The notes under the pieces: model-generated | Told to the model about the DNA's origin: nothing | What the model saw: the letters and a program-made list of their open reading frames with translations, nothing else | The model's database searches: none | Assembly: GCA_000503915.1 (NCBI GenBank) | Contig: CP006915.1 | Location: 30,001 to 62,000 of the forward strand | DNA length: 32,000 nt | DNA from: Candidatus Saccharimonadota bacterium | Lineage (GTDB): Bacteria; Patescibacteriota; Saccharimonadia; Saccharimonadales; Saccharimonadaceae | Reading direction: 5' to 3' | Made by a program: the position numbers and the translations under genes | Part shown: positions 1 through 10,593 of the stretch, piece by piece | How the letters are laid out: each line of letters begins with the position of its first letter | How positions within the stretch are numbered: position 1 is the first letter of the stretch

Positions 1-744
1 GGTGACATTCAGTTTCATAACGTTAACTTTTCTTATGGAACAAAAAGGAACGAAGTAGTTTTTCAGAATCTAAGCCTCGTCATTCCACACGGTCAAAGTA
101 TTGGCCTCGTGGGACGTAGCGGTGGAGGCAAGTCGACCTTTACACAGCTGCTCTTACGATATATGGATATTCAAGATGGAGAAATTACCATCAATAAGCA
201 AAATATCGCAGAAGTGACCCAGAACAGTCTTCGTGAGAACATTGCTTACGTACCGCAAGACCCGTATTTGTTTCACCGAACATTGCGTGAAAATATCACC
301 TACGGAAATGGCCACGCGACAGACACTGAACTTCAACAGGCAATCAAAAAAGCACACGCCAAGGAATTCATCGACAAGCTTCCTCACGGTCTTGATACGG
401 TAGTGGGCGAGCGTGGCGTCAAACTCAGCGGTGGCCAACGACAACGAGTGGCAATTGCTCGAGCAATCTTAAAGAACGCCCCGATTCTCATCCTCGACGA
501 AGCGACTTCAGCGCTCGACTCAGAAAGCGAAAAGCTTATCCAAGAAGCTCTTTCAAACTTGATGAAAGATCGCACCTCTATCGTCATCGCTCACCGCCTG
601 TCGACGATTGCCAAGCTCGATCGAATTATTGTACTTGATAACGGCAAGATCGTCGAAGACGGCACGCACACTGAGCTTCTTAAGGCGGGCGGCACGTACG
701 CCAAACTGTGGAGCCACCAGAGCGGCGGCTTCATCGAAGACTAG
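1..744 (+). CDS. ABC transporter ATP-binding domain (C-terminal part of a fused permease/ATPase exporter, MsbA/MdlB-like); 5' end lies outside the window
   Basis: Frame 1 is open from base 1 ([13 protein letters not shown]...). Walker [13 protein letters not shown] signature LSGGQRQR, Walker [14 protein letters not shown]-loop IAHRL. Stop TAG at 742-744. Confidence 0.95.
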   Translation, partial: GDIQFHNVNFSYGTKRNEVVFQNLSLVIPHGQSIGLVGRSGGGKSTFTQLLLRYMDIQDGEITINKQNIAEVTQNSLRENIAYVPQDPYLFHRTLRENITYGNGHATDTELQQAIKKAHAKEFIDKLPHGLDTVVGERGVKLSGGQRQRVAIARAILKNAPILILDEATSALDSESEKLIQEALSNLMKDRTSIVIAHRLSTIAKLDRIIVLDNGKIVEDGTHTELLKAGGTYAKLWSHQSGGFIED

Positions 745-750
745 CCACTC

Positions 751-777
751 CCTATTGCAAGGATTATCCTTGCAATA
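751..777. repeat. REP-like hairpin, left copy (TATTGCAAGGA-tta-TCCTTGCAATA)
   Basis: Perfect 11-bp stem at 753-763 / 767-777. Starts 7 nt after the ABC stop and abuts the transposase stop codon (778-780). May also act as a bidirectional terminator. Confidence 0.85.
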
Positions 778-1392
778 CTAGTGACCGCCGTTGGCGAGCC
801 GGTCTTCAATCTCTACTAGCGACTTCCTGTAATCTACGTAATCTTCTAGGTACGTAAGGTACTTATCTGAACTCATTGTTTGTAGCCGCTCCGGATGTAT
901 CCATCCGATTTGACGATACCCCAAATAGGCACTCAGACTTGACCATTTCCATCCCAAATAGTCTTTTGGGTTGAGATGTATGTACCGCGTAATATGATGA
1001 AAATAGCTGTCATCCTTAATCTGGATTGCCTTATACGTCCCTTGAAACAATCGTCCCTCTCGATGGTATTTATGGTTGAAATAGGTACTGTACGTCGTAG
1101 CGAGCTTGCGCATAAATCGTGTCATGGCGTCAGGCTCATTTTGAAAGAATAGCAAATGGAAGTGGTTGGGCATAAGACAAAATGCCACCAGTTGCAAACT
1201 GTCATCGAGCCGTTCATATTCACGACCAAAGGCATCGAAGCTCGGCTCAGGATAAAGATAGCGCTTCATAATATTCATAAACACCGCATAATCATCGTCG
1301 TCCTGGAAAATAACGCGTTTTTCTACGCCACGATTATACGCGTGGTAATATGCCGGCGCATCAAACAGTTTGACCGTGTTTTTTGATGGCAT
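778..1392 (-). CDS. Y1 (HUH) tyrosine transposase, IS200 TnpA / REP-associated RAYT family
   Basis: 204 aa. HUH motif LMPNHFHLLF. C-terminal GRLFQGTYKA...TRYIHLNPKD, typical of Y1_Tnp proteins. ATG at 1392. Confidence 0.85.
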   Translation of the reverse strand: MPSKNTVKLFDAPAYYHAYNRGVEKRVIFQDDDDYAVFMNIMKRYLYPEPSFDAFGREYERLDDSLQLVAFCLMPNHFHLLFFQNEPDAMTRFMRKLATTYSTYFNHKYHREGRLFQGTYKAIQIKDDSYFHHITRYIHLNPKDYLGWKWSSLSAYLGYRQIGWIHPERLQTMSSDKYLTYLEDYVDYRKSLVEIEDRLANGGH

Positions 1393-1415
1393 ACCATTAC
1401 TCTAGCCCTCTGCAC

Positions 1416-1448
1416 CCCCTATTGCAAGGATGATCCTTGCAATAGGGG
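1416..1448. repeat. REP-like hairpin, right copy (CCCCTATTGCAAGGA-tga-TCCTTGCAATAGGGG)
   Basis: Perfect 15-bp stem. Its core is identical to the 753-777 copy except for one loop base. Confidence 0.85.
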
Positions 1449-1539
1449 TGGGCGACGACTTCACGTTACTATTCTCTGCCCAGACCTTCCACCCATTGCT
1501 GCGGCGTTACAACTTATTAATGACTTTCCTCTTCAAATA

Positions 1540-1568
1540 AAATAACGGCCACACCGTGACCGTTATTT
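1540..1568 (-). terminator. Rho-independent terminator downstream of rplY
   Basis: AAATAACGG...CCGTTATTT stem (9 bp plus inner pairs), followed on the minus strand by TTATTT. Confidence 0.55.
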
Positions 1569-1585
1569 CACGTCACAGTTACTTA

Positions 1586-2353
1586 TTATTTGTTGGCGTC
1601 AACGTTTGACTGCTTTGGCTCATCCTGCGCTTTTCCGCCCGGCATCGTTTCCTCGGCCTGAGAGGTCTGGTCGGTGTCTTCACCATTTTCAGACTCGACT
1701 TCGCTTTCGTCTTCGGCATCACCAGCCGCTGCTTCGTTGGCTGCCTGCAGCGCGCTCGGCTCCCAGACGCTAGCGATTACCAGCTCAGTTACGCTGTGCT
1801 GTTCTTCGTCTTCGTCACCATGACCGGATTCGTGCTCAACAAGCTCTACTTTCTCAGGTAATGTTACGTCGCTAAGTAGCAACTTCTCGCCTGGCTCTTT
1901 CAGACCACGAATGTCAGCGTGCAATGCATCCGGCAAGTCCATCGGCAGTGCTCGCACTTCAATCTTGTCGATTGTCTGCAGGACGATCAGGCCGTTCTTT
2001 TCGGCCTCTGACTCACCCTCGCCATCGAGTTGAATAGGCACTTCAGCCACCACTGGGTCGGATGCTTTCACCGCGTGGAATGATACGTGACGGATAGTTC
2101 CCTTCACTGGGTCATGATCGACTTCTTTAATCATGGCGATCCGCTTTTTACCGGCTACCGTAATGTGAACCGGCGTATAAGTACCGGCCTGTCGGTACAG
2201 CTTTTCCATGACATTGGCTGCGATTTGCACCGCCACTGGCTCAACGCCTGGACCATACACAACAGCCGGCACAATACCGTCTTTACGTAGCCCAGCAACT
2301 TTTTTGCCTTGGACAGTACGTTCATCTAAACTAAGTGACAACTTATCTCCCAT
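1586..2353 (-). CDS. rplY: 50S ribosomal protein bL25, long Ctc form, with an acidic C-terminal tail
   Basis: N-terminus ...RTVQGKKVAGLRKDGIVPAVVYG... is typical of L25/Ctc. SD GGGAGAG precedes the ATG at 2353. The last ~70 aa are D/E-rich and low complexity. Confidence 0.9.
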   Translation of the reverse strand: MGDKLSLSLDERTVQGKKVAGLRKDGIVPAVVYGPGVEPVAVQIAANVMEKLYRQAGTYTPVHITVAGKKRIAMIKEVDHDPVKGTIRHVSFHAVKASDPVVAEVPIQLDGEGESEAEKNGLIVLQTIDKIEVRALPMDLPDALHADIRGLKEPGEKLLLSDVTLPEKVELVEHESGHGDEDEEQHSVTELVIASVWEPSALQAANEAAAGDAEDESEVESENGEDTDQTSQAEETMPGGKAQDEPKQSNVDANK

Positions 2354-2397
2354 CTCTCTCCCTTTCTGGATACGTTTACGGAGTTTTTACTCCTTTT

Positions 2398-2406
2398 AGT
2401 ATACCA
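2398..2406 (-). promoter_or_regulatory. Extended -10 promoter (TGgTATACT) for rplY
   Basis: Lies 44 nt upstream of the rplY ATG. The leader contains the GGAGT-aaaa-ACTCC hairpin and an SD. Confidence 0.5.
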
Positions 2407-2422
2407 TAAATCACCCTTAGGC

Positions 2423-2431
2423 TGGTACAAT
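2423..2431 (+). promoter_or_regulatory. Extended -10 promoter (TGgTACAAT) for the DedA gene; predicted leaderless
   Basis: Only 7 nt separate the -10 hexamer from the ATG at 2439. No SD. Confidence 0.55.
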
Positions 2432-2438
2432 AGAGCAG

Positions 2439-3110
2439 ATGGAAGCCTTACTCAACCTGATCACCGGCCTTGGTATTTTTGCCATTTTATTTGTGATCTA
2501 CGCCGAGTCTGGACTGCTGTTTGGCTTCTTATTCCCTGGTGACAGCCTGCTGTTTACCGCTGGGTTTTTGTTCCAACAAGGTATCTTACCGGGGTCACTG
2601 CCAATCTCAATCCACCTCTTTGCGTTTTTACTCTTCATCTCGGCATCACTCGGCCAAAGCACTGGCTATATATTCGGTAAAAGAGTCGGTCGCAAACTGT
2701 TTGACCGCCCAAACACTCGGCTGTTTCGCCGGGAAAACTTAGAGCGAACCGAAGCTTTCTACGACAAATACGGTCCGCTCGCTATTACCTTAGCCTGCTA
2801 CGTACCATTTGTACGCACCTTCGTACCAATTGTCGCCGGCATCAGCAAGATGACTTACCGCCAATTCCTGCCGTTTAATATCCTTGGTGCCTTTACTTGG
2901 ACGTATAGTTTTACGTACCTTGGCTATTTTGCCGGCAAGGTCTTACACGACGCGGGCGTCAATATCGAGATCGCGGCACTGATCATTATTTTCTTGTCGA
3001 TCTCACCAATGATTTATCATTTGCTCAAAGACGGCAAGCGCCGTAAAGCACTCTGGGCAAGCACCATGCGTGAAATCAAAATTCTACTTGGCCGCGAAAA
3101 GCGGTCGTAA
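2439..3110 (+). CDS. DedA/VTT-family membrane protein
   Basis: [24 protein letters not shown] motif and multiple TM segments. The 3' end overlaps uvrA by 27 nt. Confidence 0.85.
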   Translation: MEALLNLITGLGIFAILFVIYAESGLLFGFLFPGDSLLFTAGFLFQQGILPGSLPISIHLFAFLLFISASLGQSTGYIFGKRVGRKLFDRPNTRLFRRENLERTEAFYDKYGPLAITLACYVPFVRTFVPIVAGISKMTYRQFLPFNILGAFTWTYSFTYLGYFAGKVLHDAGVNIEIAALIIIFLSISPMIYHLLKDGKRRKALWASTMREIKILLGREKRS

Positions 3111-5906
3111 GTACTGTCCGGTAAATGACTCCTTGGTTTTCGTCACCTCTTCAGGCGTGCCTTCGGCTACGATTTGCCCGCCACCATTACCACCTTCCGG
3201 ACCCATATCGATCAAATGATCAGCTGTTTTGATAACATCAAGGTTGTGCTCGATGATAATCATGCTGTTGCCGCCCTCGACCAGTTGCTGCAGAATCGTG
3301 AGTAGTCGTTTGACGTCTGCCGAGTGCAGGCCAGTCGTCGGTTCATCGAGAATATAGAGCGTTTTGCCAGTGGAGCGGCGCGATAGCTCGCTAGCAAGTT
3401 TGATACGTTGCGCCTCACCGCCCGAGAACGTTGTGGCTGGCTGACCGAGACGAATGTAGCCAAGACCCACGTCAACGAGGGTGTCGAGTTTACGCGCGAT
3501 ACTCGGTACGTTAGCAAAAAATTCTGCGGCCTGTTCGACTGTCATTGCGAGCACATCGGCGATCGTCTTTTCCTTATACTTAATCTCGAGTGCTTCGCGG
3601 TTATAGCGTTTACCCTTACATTCACTACAGGTGACGTAGACATCGGGTAAAAAGTGCATCTCGATTTTGATGACGCCGTCGCCTTGGCAGTTTTCACAGC
3701 GTCCACCCTTGACGTTAAAGCTAAAGCGGCCGGCTTTGTAGCCGCGAATATTGGCTTCCGGTGTACTGGCAAACAGTTCGCGAATCGGCGTAAAGACCCC
3801 CGTGTAGGTCGCCGGGTTAGAGCGCGGCGTCCGGCCAATCGCTGACTGATCGATGATGATCGCCTTGTCGAGCTGGTCGATGCCTTCGATATTCTCATGC
3901 TTACCTGGCACGGTTTGAGCTCGGTGCAGACGCGCGGAAAGTTCTTTCGCTAATATGTCGTTTACCAAGGTAGATTTACCGGAGCCACTGACGCCACTGA
4001 CGACCGTTATGACGCCAAGCGGAAATGCCACGTCAATGTCTTTTAGGTTATTCTCGGCTGCGCCGCGAATGACAAGCTTACGATCTTTATTGATCGCTCG
4101 ACGCTTCTTAGGAATCGGGATCGACTCTTTGCCACTCAAGTAGCGACCCGTAATACTCTTATCATTCGCCGCGACCTCGTCGGGTGTGCCATACGCTACC
4201 ACTTCCCCACCGTGTACGCCGGCGTGCGGTCCGATATCAAGCAAGTAGTCAGCGTGACGAATCGTATCTTCGTCGTGCTCAACGACCAGCACAGTATTGC
4301 CAAGATCGCGCAGGTGCTTGAGTGTGCCGATTAGACGGTCATTATCGCGCTGATGCAGGCCGATCGATGGCTCGTCGAGCACGTACAGCACACCCTGAAG
4401 ACCCGAGCCAATTTGCGTCGCCAAGCGAATACGCTGCGCCTCGCCGCCAGAAAGCGTATTAGCCGCGCGTGACAGCTCCAGGTACGTCAGGCCGACGTTG
4501 CTCATAAAGCCGAGCCGGGCGCGGATTTCTTTCATGATTTGAGCAGCAATAAACTGCTCTTCGTCGGTCAGATTCAGGCCGTTTGTAAAATAGTCAAGCG
4601 CTTCATCGACCCCAAGATTACAAATATCCATGATATTACGCTCATGAATCGTTACTGCCAGTACCACCGGTTTGAGACGAGCGCCACCACAAGCATGACA
4701 TCTACGCTCACGCATGAAACGCTCGATGTCGCGGCGCATAAAGTCGCTGTCAGTTTCTTTGTGACGGCGCTCCAGGTTTGGGATCACGCCTTCATAGGTT
4801 GACTGGTAACTACGGCCAGCACCGATATCAACAGTGTATTTCTGGCTGCCGGTACCGTAGAGTACCATGTCGAGTGCTTCTTTTGTGAGGTTTTTCACTG
4901 GTGTCGTAACTGAAAATCCATGTGCTTCGGCGACTTTTGCGAGCCGCTTCATATACCACGCATCGGAATTGACACGGTTGTACGGACGAATCGCGCCCTC
5001 GGAAATCGTCAGGTTAGGGTTAAACACCAGATCGGGATCAACCTCCAGTCGGCTGCCGAGTCCGGTACAGACCGGACAGGCTCCGTGTGGGGCATTAAAG
5101 CTAAACAAGCGCGGCTCTAGCTCCGGGATATCTTCGTTTGGATGATCAACGCAGGCGTAGCGCTGACTGAAGGTGCGTGTGGTCTCATCATCTACGTGGT
5201 GGATTTCCACGACGCCATCGGCAATCTCGAGCGCCTGCTCGACGGACTGCGTAATACGCGTAATCTGTGCCGGAGCCATAACAATACGATCGACCACGAT
5301 CTCTATGTCGTGCTTATACTTTTTATCAAGCTCTGGAAACTCATCAAGTGCATAGACGACACCGTCGACACGGGCACGGGCAAACCCAAGCCGGCGATAC
5401 TGTTCCGGTACATGAGCAAACTCACCCTTTTTGTCTTTGACGATCGGAGCGAGAATCATTAGTTTTGCGCCTTCGTCAATTTTCATAACTTCATCGATAA
5501 TCGCTTGTGGCGTGCGTCGTGAGACTTCTTTACCACATACCGGACAGTGCGGTACGCCGATACGAGCAAACAGCAGACGCAGATAGTCATAGATCTCTGT
5601 CACCGTAGCCACCGTACTACGCGGATTGCGGCTGGTTGATTTTTGGTCGATCGAAATCGCCGGACTGAGACCATCGATCTGGTCAACGTCCGGCTTTTCC
5701 ATCAATCCTAAGAATTGGCGTGCGTAGCTCGACAAACTTTCAACATAGCGACGCTGCCCCTCGGCGTAAATAGTATCAAAAGCTAACGAAGATTTTCCCG
5801 AGCCAGACAACCCAGTAATAACCACCAGCTTGTCGCGCGGAATTTCGACACTAATATCTTTGAGGTTGTGCTCTCGGGCGCCAACCACACGAATTACATC
5901 AGACAT
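3084..5906 (-). CDS. uvrA: Excinuclease ABC subunit A
   Basis: 940 aa. Two Walker A sites ([18 protein letters not shown]), two LSGGE signatures, CxxC zinc modules, and a C-terminus ...FTGQYLRPL. Confidence 0.98.
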   Translation of the reverse strand: MSDVIRVVGAREHNLKDISVEIPRDKLVVITGLSGSGKSSLAFDTIYAEGQRRYVESLSSYARQFLGLMEKPDVDQIDGLSPAISIDQKSTSRNPRSTVATVTEIYDYLRLLFARIGVPHCPVCGKEVSRRTPQAIIDEVMKIDEGAKLMILAPIVKDKKGEFAHVPEQYRRLGFARARVDGVVYALDEFPELDKKYKHDIEIVVDRIVMAPAQITRITQSVEQALEIADGVVEIHHVDDETTRTFSQRYACVDHPNEDIPELEPRLFSFNAPHGACPVCTGLGSRLEVDPDLVFNPNLTISEGAIRPYNRVNSDAWYMKRLAKVAEAHGFSVTTPVKNLTKEALDMVLYGTGSQKYTVDIGAGRSYQSTYEGVIPNLERRHKETDSDFMRRDIERFMRERRCHACGGARLKPVVLAVTIHERNIMDICNLGVDEALDYFTNGLNLTDEEQFIAAQIMKEIRARLGFMSNVGLTYLELSRAANTLSGGEAQRIRLATQIGSGLQGVLYVLDEPSIGLHQRDNDRLIGTLKHLRDLGNTVLVVEHDEDTIRHADYLLDIGPHAGVHGGEVVAYGTPDEVAANDKSITGRYLSGKESIPIPKKRRAINKDRKLVIRGAAENNLKDIDVAFPLGVITVVSGVSGSGKSTLVNDILAKELSARLHRAQTVPGKHENIEGIDQLDKAIIIDQSAIGRTPRSNPATYTGVFTPIRELFASTPEANIRGYKAGRFSFNVKGGRCENCQGDGVIKIEMHFLPDVYVTCSECKGKRYNREALEIKYKEKTIADVLAMTVEQAAEFFANVPSIARKLDTLVDVGLGYIRLGQPATTFSGGEAQRIKLASELSRRSTGKTLYILDEPTTGLHSADVKRLLTILQQLVEGGNSMIIIEHNLDVIKTADHLIDMGPEGGNGGGQIVAEGTPEEVTKTKESFTGQYLRPLFAAK

Positions 5907-5914
5907 AACATCCT

Positions 5915-5923
5915 ATTATAGCA
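5915..5923 (-). promoter_or_regulatory. Extended -10 promoter (TGcTATAAT) for uvrA; predicted leaderless
   Basis: 8 nt between the -10 and the ATG at 5906. No SD. Confidence 0.55.
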
Positions 5924-6057
5924 TTTTTTACCCTTCTCTGCCCAGACCGTATTGATGGGCCAGCTACCGGGTGCTCCCTCGTAAACTTGTTATGCTTGCA
6001 TCTATTTGACAAACCTAGTATATTCGTATGAAATTTATACGTTCAAGGAGTGGCGAC

Positions 6058-6354
6058 GTGCAAAAAGTTATCATCATCAGCTGTCTTGTCGGCTCGGCAA
6101 CTATCATACTGATTACCTCAGGTTTTTTTAATAGTCTACTGCTCTTTCTACTCATCGGAAAACTACCTGGCCTTACTACGACACTAACTGCTGAAACGAT
6201 GCAAGTAGTCACCGCTTTTAGTACAGTTCTCTTTGCTTTTATAACGCTAAACCGTAACCGTCAGCACCTCGCATCACTCGCTATGCAGCTGGATAAATTA
6301 CTCCGAACTGTCGGTAGTGTCGTCGTCAGCCGGCAAAATCGCCTCCGCCCATAG
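6058..6354 (+). CDS. Small hypothetical membrane protein (about 98 aa, 2-3 TM helices)
   Basis: AAGGAG (6045-6050) lies 7 nt before the GTG at 6058, which is in frame with the ORF-track ATG at 6028. Hydrophobic segments are present. It fills an otherwise empty 390-nt gap. The last 57 nt are antisense to the sbcB 3' end. Confidence 0.55.
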   Translation: MQKVIIISCLVGSATIILITSGFFNSLLLFLLIGKLPGLTTTLTAETMQVVTAFSTVLFAFITLNRNRQHLASLAMQLDKLLRTVGSVVVSRQNRLRP

Positions 6355-7734
6355 TTGCAGCTCTTGTAGAAGAAACTGTTTTTTATCGTCTGTTGTCGCC
6401 GCGGCCAATCGCTGCAAGGACGAGGCAAAACGCGGTAGCTGTGCCTGCAAGCGACTGGCACGCCAGGCTTCCCACTGCTTGACCTCATCTTCACTGAGCA
6501 CACCGGGAAAGCTGCGTGCTTTGTAGTGAAGCAGCAGCGGACTGAGCCGTTCATCGCTAAAGTTCGGCTGGAAGTCAGCCAGCTGCTCAGGCGAAGCATT
6601 GCGTACGGCTTCGATACGTACTTTGTCGGAGCCATCAATAAAGCCATCATAAAGCTGCGCCTCAACGTCGGGACTTGGCGGATAATCACGTGATTTTTCG
6701 TACAAGCTGCGCAACTTTTCGGCAAAGTCCGGCCGCGAGAGAAGAATTTTCTTGTGCGCTTCAACTGTCTCAATATCAAGACTAATCTTTTGCCAGCCTC
6801 CAGCCTCCTCGAGCACTCCTAATGGAGCAACTGCTGGAGTGCGGTTGTACTGCAATACCTTAAGCGGCACTGGCACGAAGTCATCTGCCTTCCTTTGTTC
6901 CCATGTTGCAAAAAGCCGTTTCTTCAACTCATCTACCGAGAGATCAATGAACGGCGTCGGGTCATGCCGCAGATCATAAACGACGACATTACCATTCGGT
7001 GCCGCTGTCAACGGAAAAGCTACTGTCGTTTTGTTATAGGCGGTCTCATAGCGGCCGCTGGTATAGACGAACGGCTGTTTTTCGTCGAGGTTGACCAGCT
7101 TTTGCACCGCCTTTTTGTCGCGCATGGTAAAAAGATAATCAAAGAGTTTTCGCTGGTTGTCGCGGATCAGCTTTGCCACCGCGATGAGCGCTTCAACATC
7201 CGATAAAGCGTCATGGGCTTTCGTATGCTCGATGCCATTCACCTTACTGATCAATTCCAGGCGATTAGTTGGCTGACCGTCGTTATCGACAGGCCACTCG
7301 ATGCCCTCCGGCCGAAGTGCTCGCGTCATACGCACCACGTCTAGTATGTCCCAACGTGATCGGCCGTTTGACCATGCCCACTCGTACGGGTCGTGGAAAT
7401 TACGCCATAATAGATGGCGGATAAATTCATCGTCAAAACGGACATTATTGAACCCGACCGTCACCGACTCTTCAGTAAATACGTCGCTCATCAAGAACTT
7501 GGCAAACTCGGCTTCTGTCAGGCCATCGCGCTGCGTATCTTGCGGTGTAATACCCGTCACCATGATGGCATCTGGACTCGGCAAGGTGTCGTCATTTAGT
7601 CTCACCAGTACATTGTGCGGCTCGCCGATAGGGTTCAGTTCTCTATCCGTACGAATGCCGGCAAATTGCATGATACGGTCGTCACGTCCGCTCAGCCCGC
7701 TCGTCTCTAGATCGTAGAAATAGAATGTTTGCAT
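6298..7734 (-). CDS. sbcB: Exodeoxyribonuclease I
   Basis: 478 aa, collinear by eye with E. coli ExoI: FYDLETSG, GYNNVRFDDE-like GFNNVRFDDEF, SRWDxLDV, HDALSDV, LFDYLFT. Confidence 0.9.
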   Translation of the reverse strand: MQTFYFYDLETSGLSGRDDRIMQFAGIRTDRELNPIGEPHNVLVRLNDDTLPSPDAIMVTGITPQDTQRDGLTEAEFAKFLMSDVFTEESVTVGFNNVRFDDEFIRHLLWRNFHDPYEWAWSNGRSRWDILDVVRMTRALRPEGIEWPVDNDGQPTNRLELISKVNGIEHTKAHDALSDVEALIAVAKLIRDNQRKLFDYLFTMRDKKAVQKLVNLDEKQPFVYTSGRYETAYNKTTVAFPLTAAPNGNVVVYDLRHDPTPFIDLSVDELKKRLFATWEQRKADDFVPVPLKVLQYNRTPAVAPLGVLEEAGGWQKISLDIETVEAHKKILLSRPDFAEKLRSLYEKSRDYPPSPDVEAQLYDGFIDGSDKVRIEAVRNASPEQLADFQPNFSDERLSPLLLHYKARSFPGVLSEDEVKQWEAWRASRLQAQLPRFASSLQRLAAATTDDKKQFLLQELQLWAEAILPADDDTTDSSE

Positions 7735-7743
7735 CTACTATCT

Positions 7744-7752
7744 AGCATAACA
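7744..7752 (-). promoter_or_regulatory. Extended -10-like promoter (TGtTATGCT) for sbcB; predicted leaderless
   Basis: 9 nt to the ATG at 7734. No SD. Confidence 0.45.
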
Positions 7753-7760
7753 AATTTTAA

Positions 7761-7778
7761 TTCTTTCAGCTGAAAGAA
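7761..7778 (-). terminator. Possible weak terminator after obg (palindrome TTCTTTCAGCTGAAAGAA)
   Basis: 18-nt perfect palindrome, followed on the minus strand by TTAAAATTTGTT. The stem is AT-rich. Confidence 0.3.
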
Positions 7779-7809
7779 CAGAGAAAACCTGTCTCGACAA
7801 GATAAAGGA

Positions 7810-9162
<1,353 letters not shown>

Positions 9163-9177
9163 ACCATGATATTTTAT

Positions 9178-10344
9178 CTAGTGAATATACTGGTAAGCAC
9201 TGGCCTGACCAGCCGAGATTGTGCGCTGGTCAACGATATTAAACCCACCATAGGCGTAATTATTCATCTCGGTGATCACAATATCGCCGTTACGTTTGAC
9301 GCGCTCAACGACGGCGACATGGCCAAAGTAGCCGGCTGTATCAACCAAGACCGCCCCTGTTGACGGTGTCCCGTCTACTCGGTACCCAGCAGCGCGTGCA
9401 TTGATTGCCCAGGTATTAGCGTTGCCCCAGTTGCTACCGACCGGCATGCCAAGTTGCATACGACGCTCATAGACATAGTAAGTACAGTTACCAAACGCGT
9501 AACCATTGCCGGTGGTTCCGCCGATACCCCTGCGGAGGACGCTACCACCTAAATCACCGGTCTGAAGTGGTGCGATAGTTGGTGCCGGAGCCGGTTTGAC
9601 ACCATCGGGAATAATTAGTGCGCCACCCGTTTTTACACCAATAATCTCTAGGTTATTGTATGTCTTGATGCGGTCAGAACTGGTGGCAAACTTATCGGCG
9701 ATGCTTTGCAGCGTGTCACCGCTCTTGACGGTATACATAATGCCGCTGGTTGGCAATATCTTCAGTTTCTGTCCGGCGGTCAGTGCGTCGCTATCAGGTA
9801 GGCCATTCGCCCAGCGAATTGTATCGGAGGTAACACCGAATTGAGCAGCAACCGACGGGACAGTATCACCTCTTTTGACGGTGTACGTCTGAACGATGCG
9901 ACTGAGTGAACTGTCTGCACTGATAATCTGTGGTTTAGCACTCGTCGTCGAGCTAGCTTGCGCAAGCTCACTCTTTACGGTGAGCGACGTAGAAAGGTTA
10001 GCGGCATTAAGAGCCACTGGTAAATTAGTTCGTTCTGCTAAATCAGCGGCAACACTAGTCGCCACTACCTTATCCACTGATGGAGCGGTGTCCTCGGCAG
10101 TAAGCGATGTATCAACCGCACTACCATTGACGATAGCGGCTTGACCGTTTGCTTTTTGGGGTGACTCGTAGCCAATTGCTACGACGGTAACAAGGAGAAG
10201 GAAAGCACCAACATAGGCTGCTATACGGCTAGCGGCTGAGTGCGGAAAGTACCGTTTATGTCGCTGTTGATGTTTGGTAAGTGCCGGCCGGCTAAGGCTA
10301 GTGGCTGATGCGTGAGCAATGCTCGATGCAATCTGGGTACGAAT
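9178..10344 (-). CDS. Membrane-anchored peptidoglycan hydrolase: N-terminal TM anchor, 2x LysM, C-terminal CHAP amidase/peptidase
   Basis: LysM repeats (YTVKRGDTVPSVAAQFGV..., YTVKSGDTLQSIADKF...) and a CHAP-like C-terminus (GNCTYYVYERR...GHVAVVE). The canonical-start model is 9178-10077 (GTG). The frame stays open to 10383 with no ATG/GTG/TTG and encodes a basic segment plus a TM helix. AGGAG (10352-10356) lies 7 nt before the ATT at 10344. Confidence 0.7.
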   Translation of the reverse strand: MRTQIASSIAHASATSLSRPALTKHQQRHKRYFPHSAASRIAAYVGAFLLLVTVVAIGYESPQKANGQAAIVNGSAVDTSLTAEDTAPSVDKVVATSVAADLAERTNLPVALNAANLSTSLTVKSELAQASSTTSAKPQIISADSSLSRIVQTYTVKRGDTVPSVAAQFGVTSDTIRWANGLPDSDALTAGQKLKILPTSGIMYTVKSGDTLQSIADKFATSSDRIKTYNNLEIIGVKTGGALIIPDGVKPAPAPTIAPLQTGDLGGSVLRRGIGGTTGNGYAFGNCTYYVYERRMQLGMPVGSNWGNANTWAINARAAGYRVDGTPSTGAVLVDTAGYFGHVAVVERVKRNGDIVITEMNNYAYGGFNIVDQRTISAGQASAYQYIH

Positions 10345-10587
10345 TATTGTTCTCCTGCCACCCGGATTACTCCATGGGGGCGACTACCATACTATGTCTT
10401 ACTTCTCGCAGTAGAACAGGACACGTGTCGACCGTTTCATTAGTTACTATTTCATAGCTGTTGAAGCTGTACTTTTTACGCGTGTGTCCGTAGCGACAAT
10501 TCTGGTAGGCGCATTTACTGAGATCCGGGCACCCACTCGCAACACAGATCATATCTGTTGTCGTGCCGTTTTCCCGTAAATGTGCTG
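10345..10587 (-). promoter_or_regulatory. Long (~240 nt) 5' leader of the LysM-CHAP gene; candidate cis-regulatory RNA
   Basis: Lies between the predicted TSS (about 7 nt past the -10 at 10594-10599) and the AGGAG/ATT start. Contains local hairpins, e.g. CAACAGAT-atg-ATCT(gt)GTTG and the palindrome GACACGTGTC. Confidence 0.35.
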
Positions 10588-10593
10588 TCACCC

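Larger units (their letters stand above)
741..1448 (-). mobile_element. IS200/IS605-like or REP/RAYT unit: Y1 transposase gene bracketed by two direct hairpin repeats
   Basis: Unit of about 0.7 kb. Both hairpin copies are preceded on the + strand by CTAGCC(A/C)CTC. The gene is AT-richer than its neighbours. Confidence 0.6.

Noticed and set aside
1472-1486. Exact 15-mer TTCTCTGCCCAGACC repeated at 1472-1486 and 5934-5948, both upstream of minus-strand genes (the transposase and uvrA).
   Set aside because: The expected number of chance 15-mer matches in 32 kb on both strands is of order one, and the flanking sequence does not align convincingly. It is not a recognisable LexA/Cheo box. It is worth a genome-wide count but is not a claim.
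1586-1800. Long acidic low-complexity C-terminal tail on bL25.
   Set aside because: Ctc-form L25 proteins commonly carry variable C-terminal extensions. I saw no repeat structure or frame anomaly.
10070-10078. DnaA-box-like TTATCCACT.
   Set aside because: It is a single copy with one mismatch, inside a coding region, and there is no cluster or AT-rich unwinding element.
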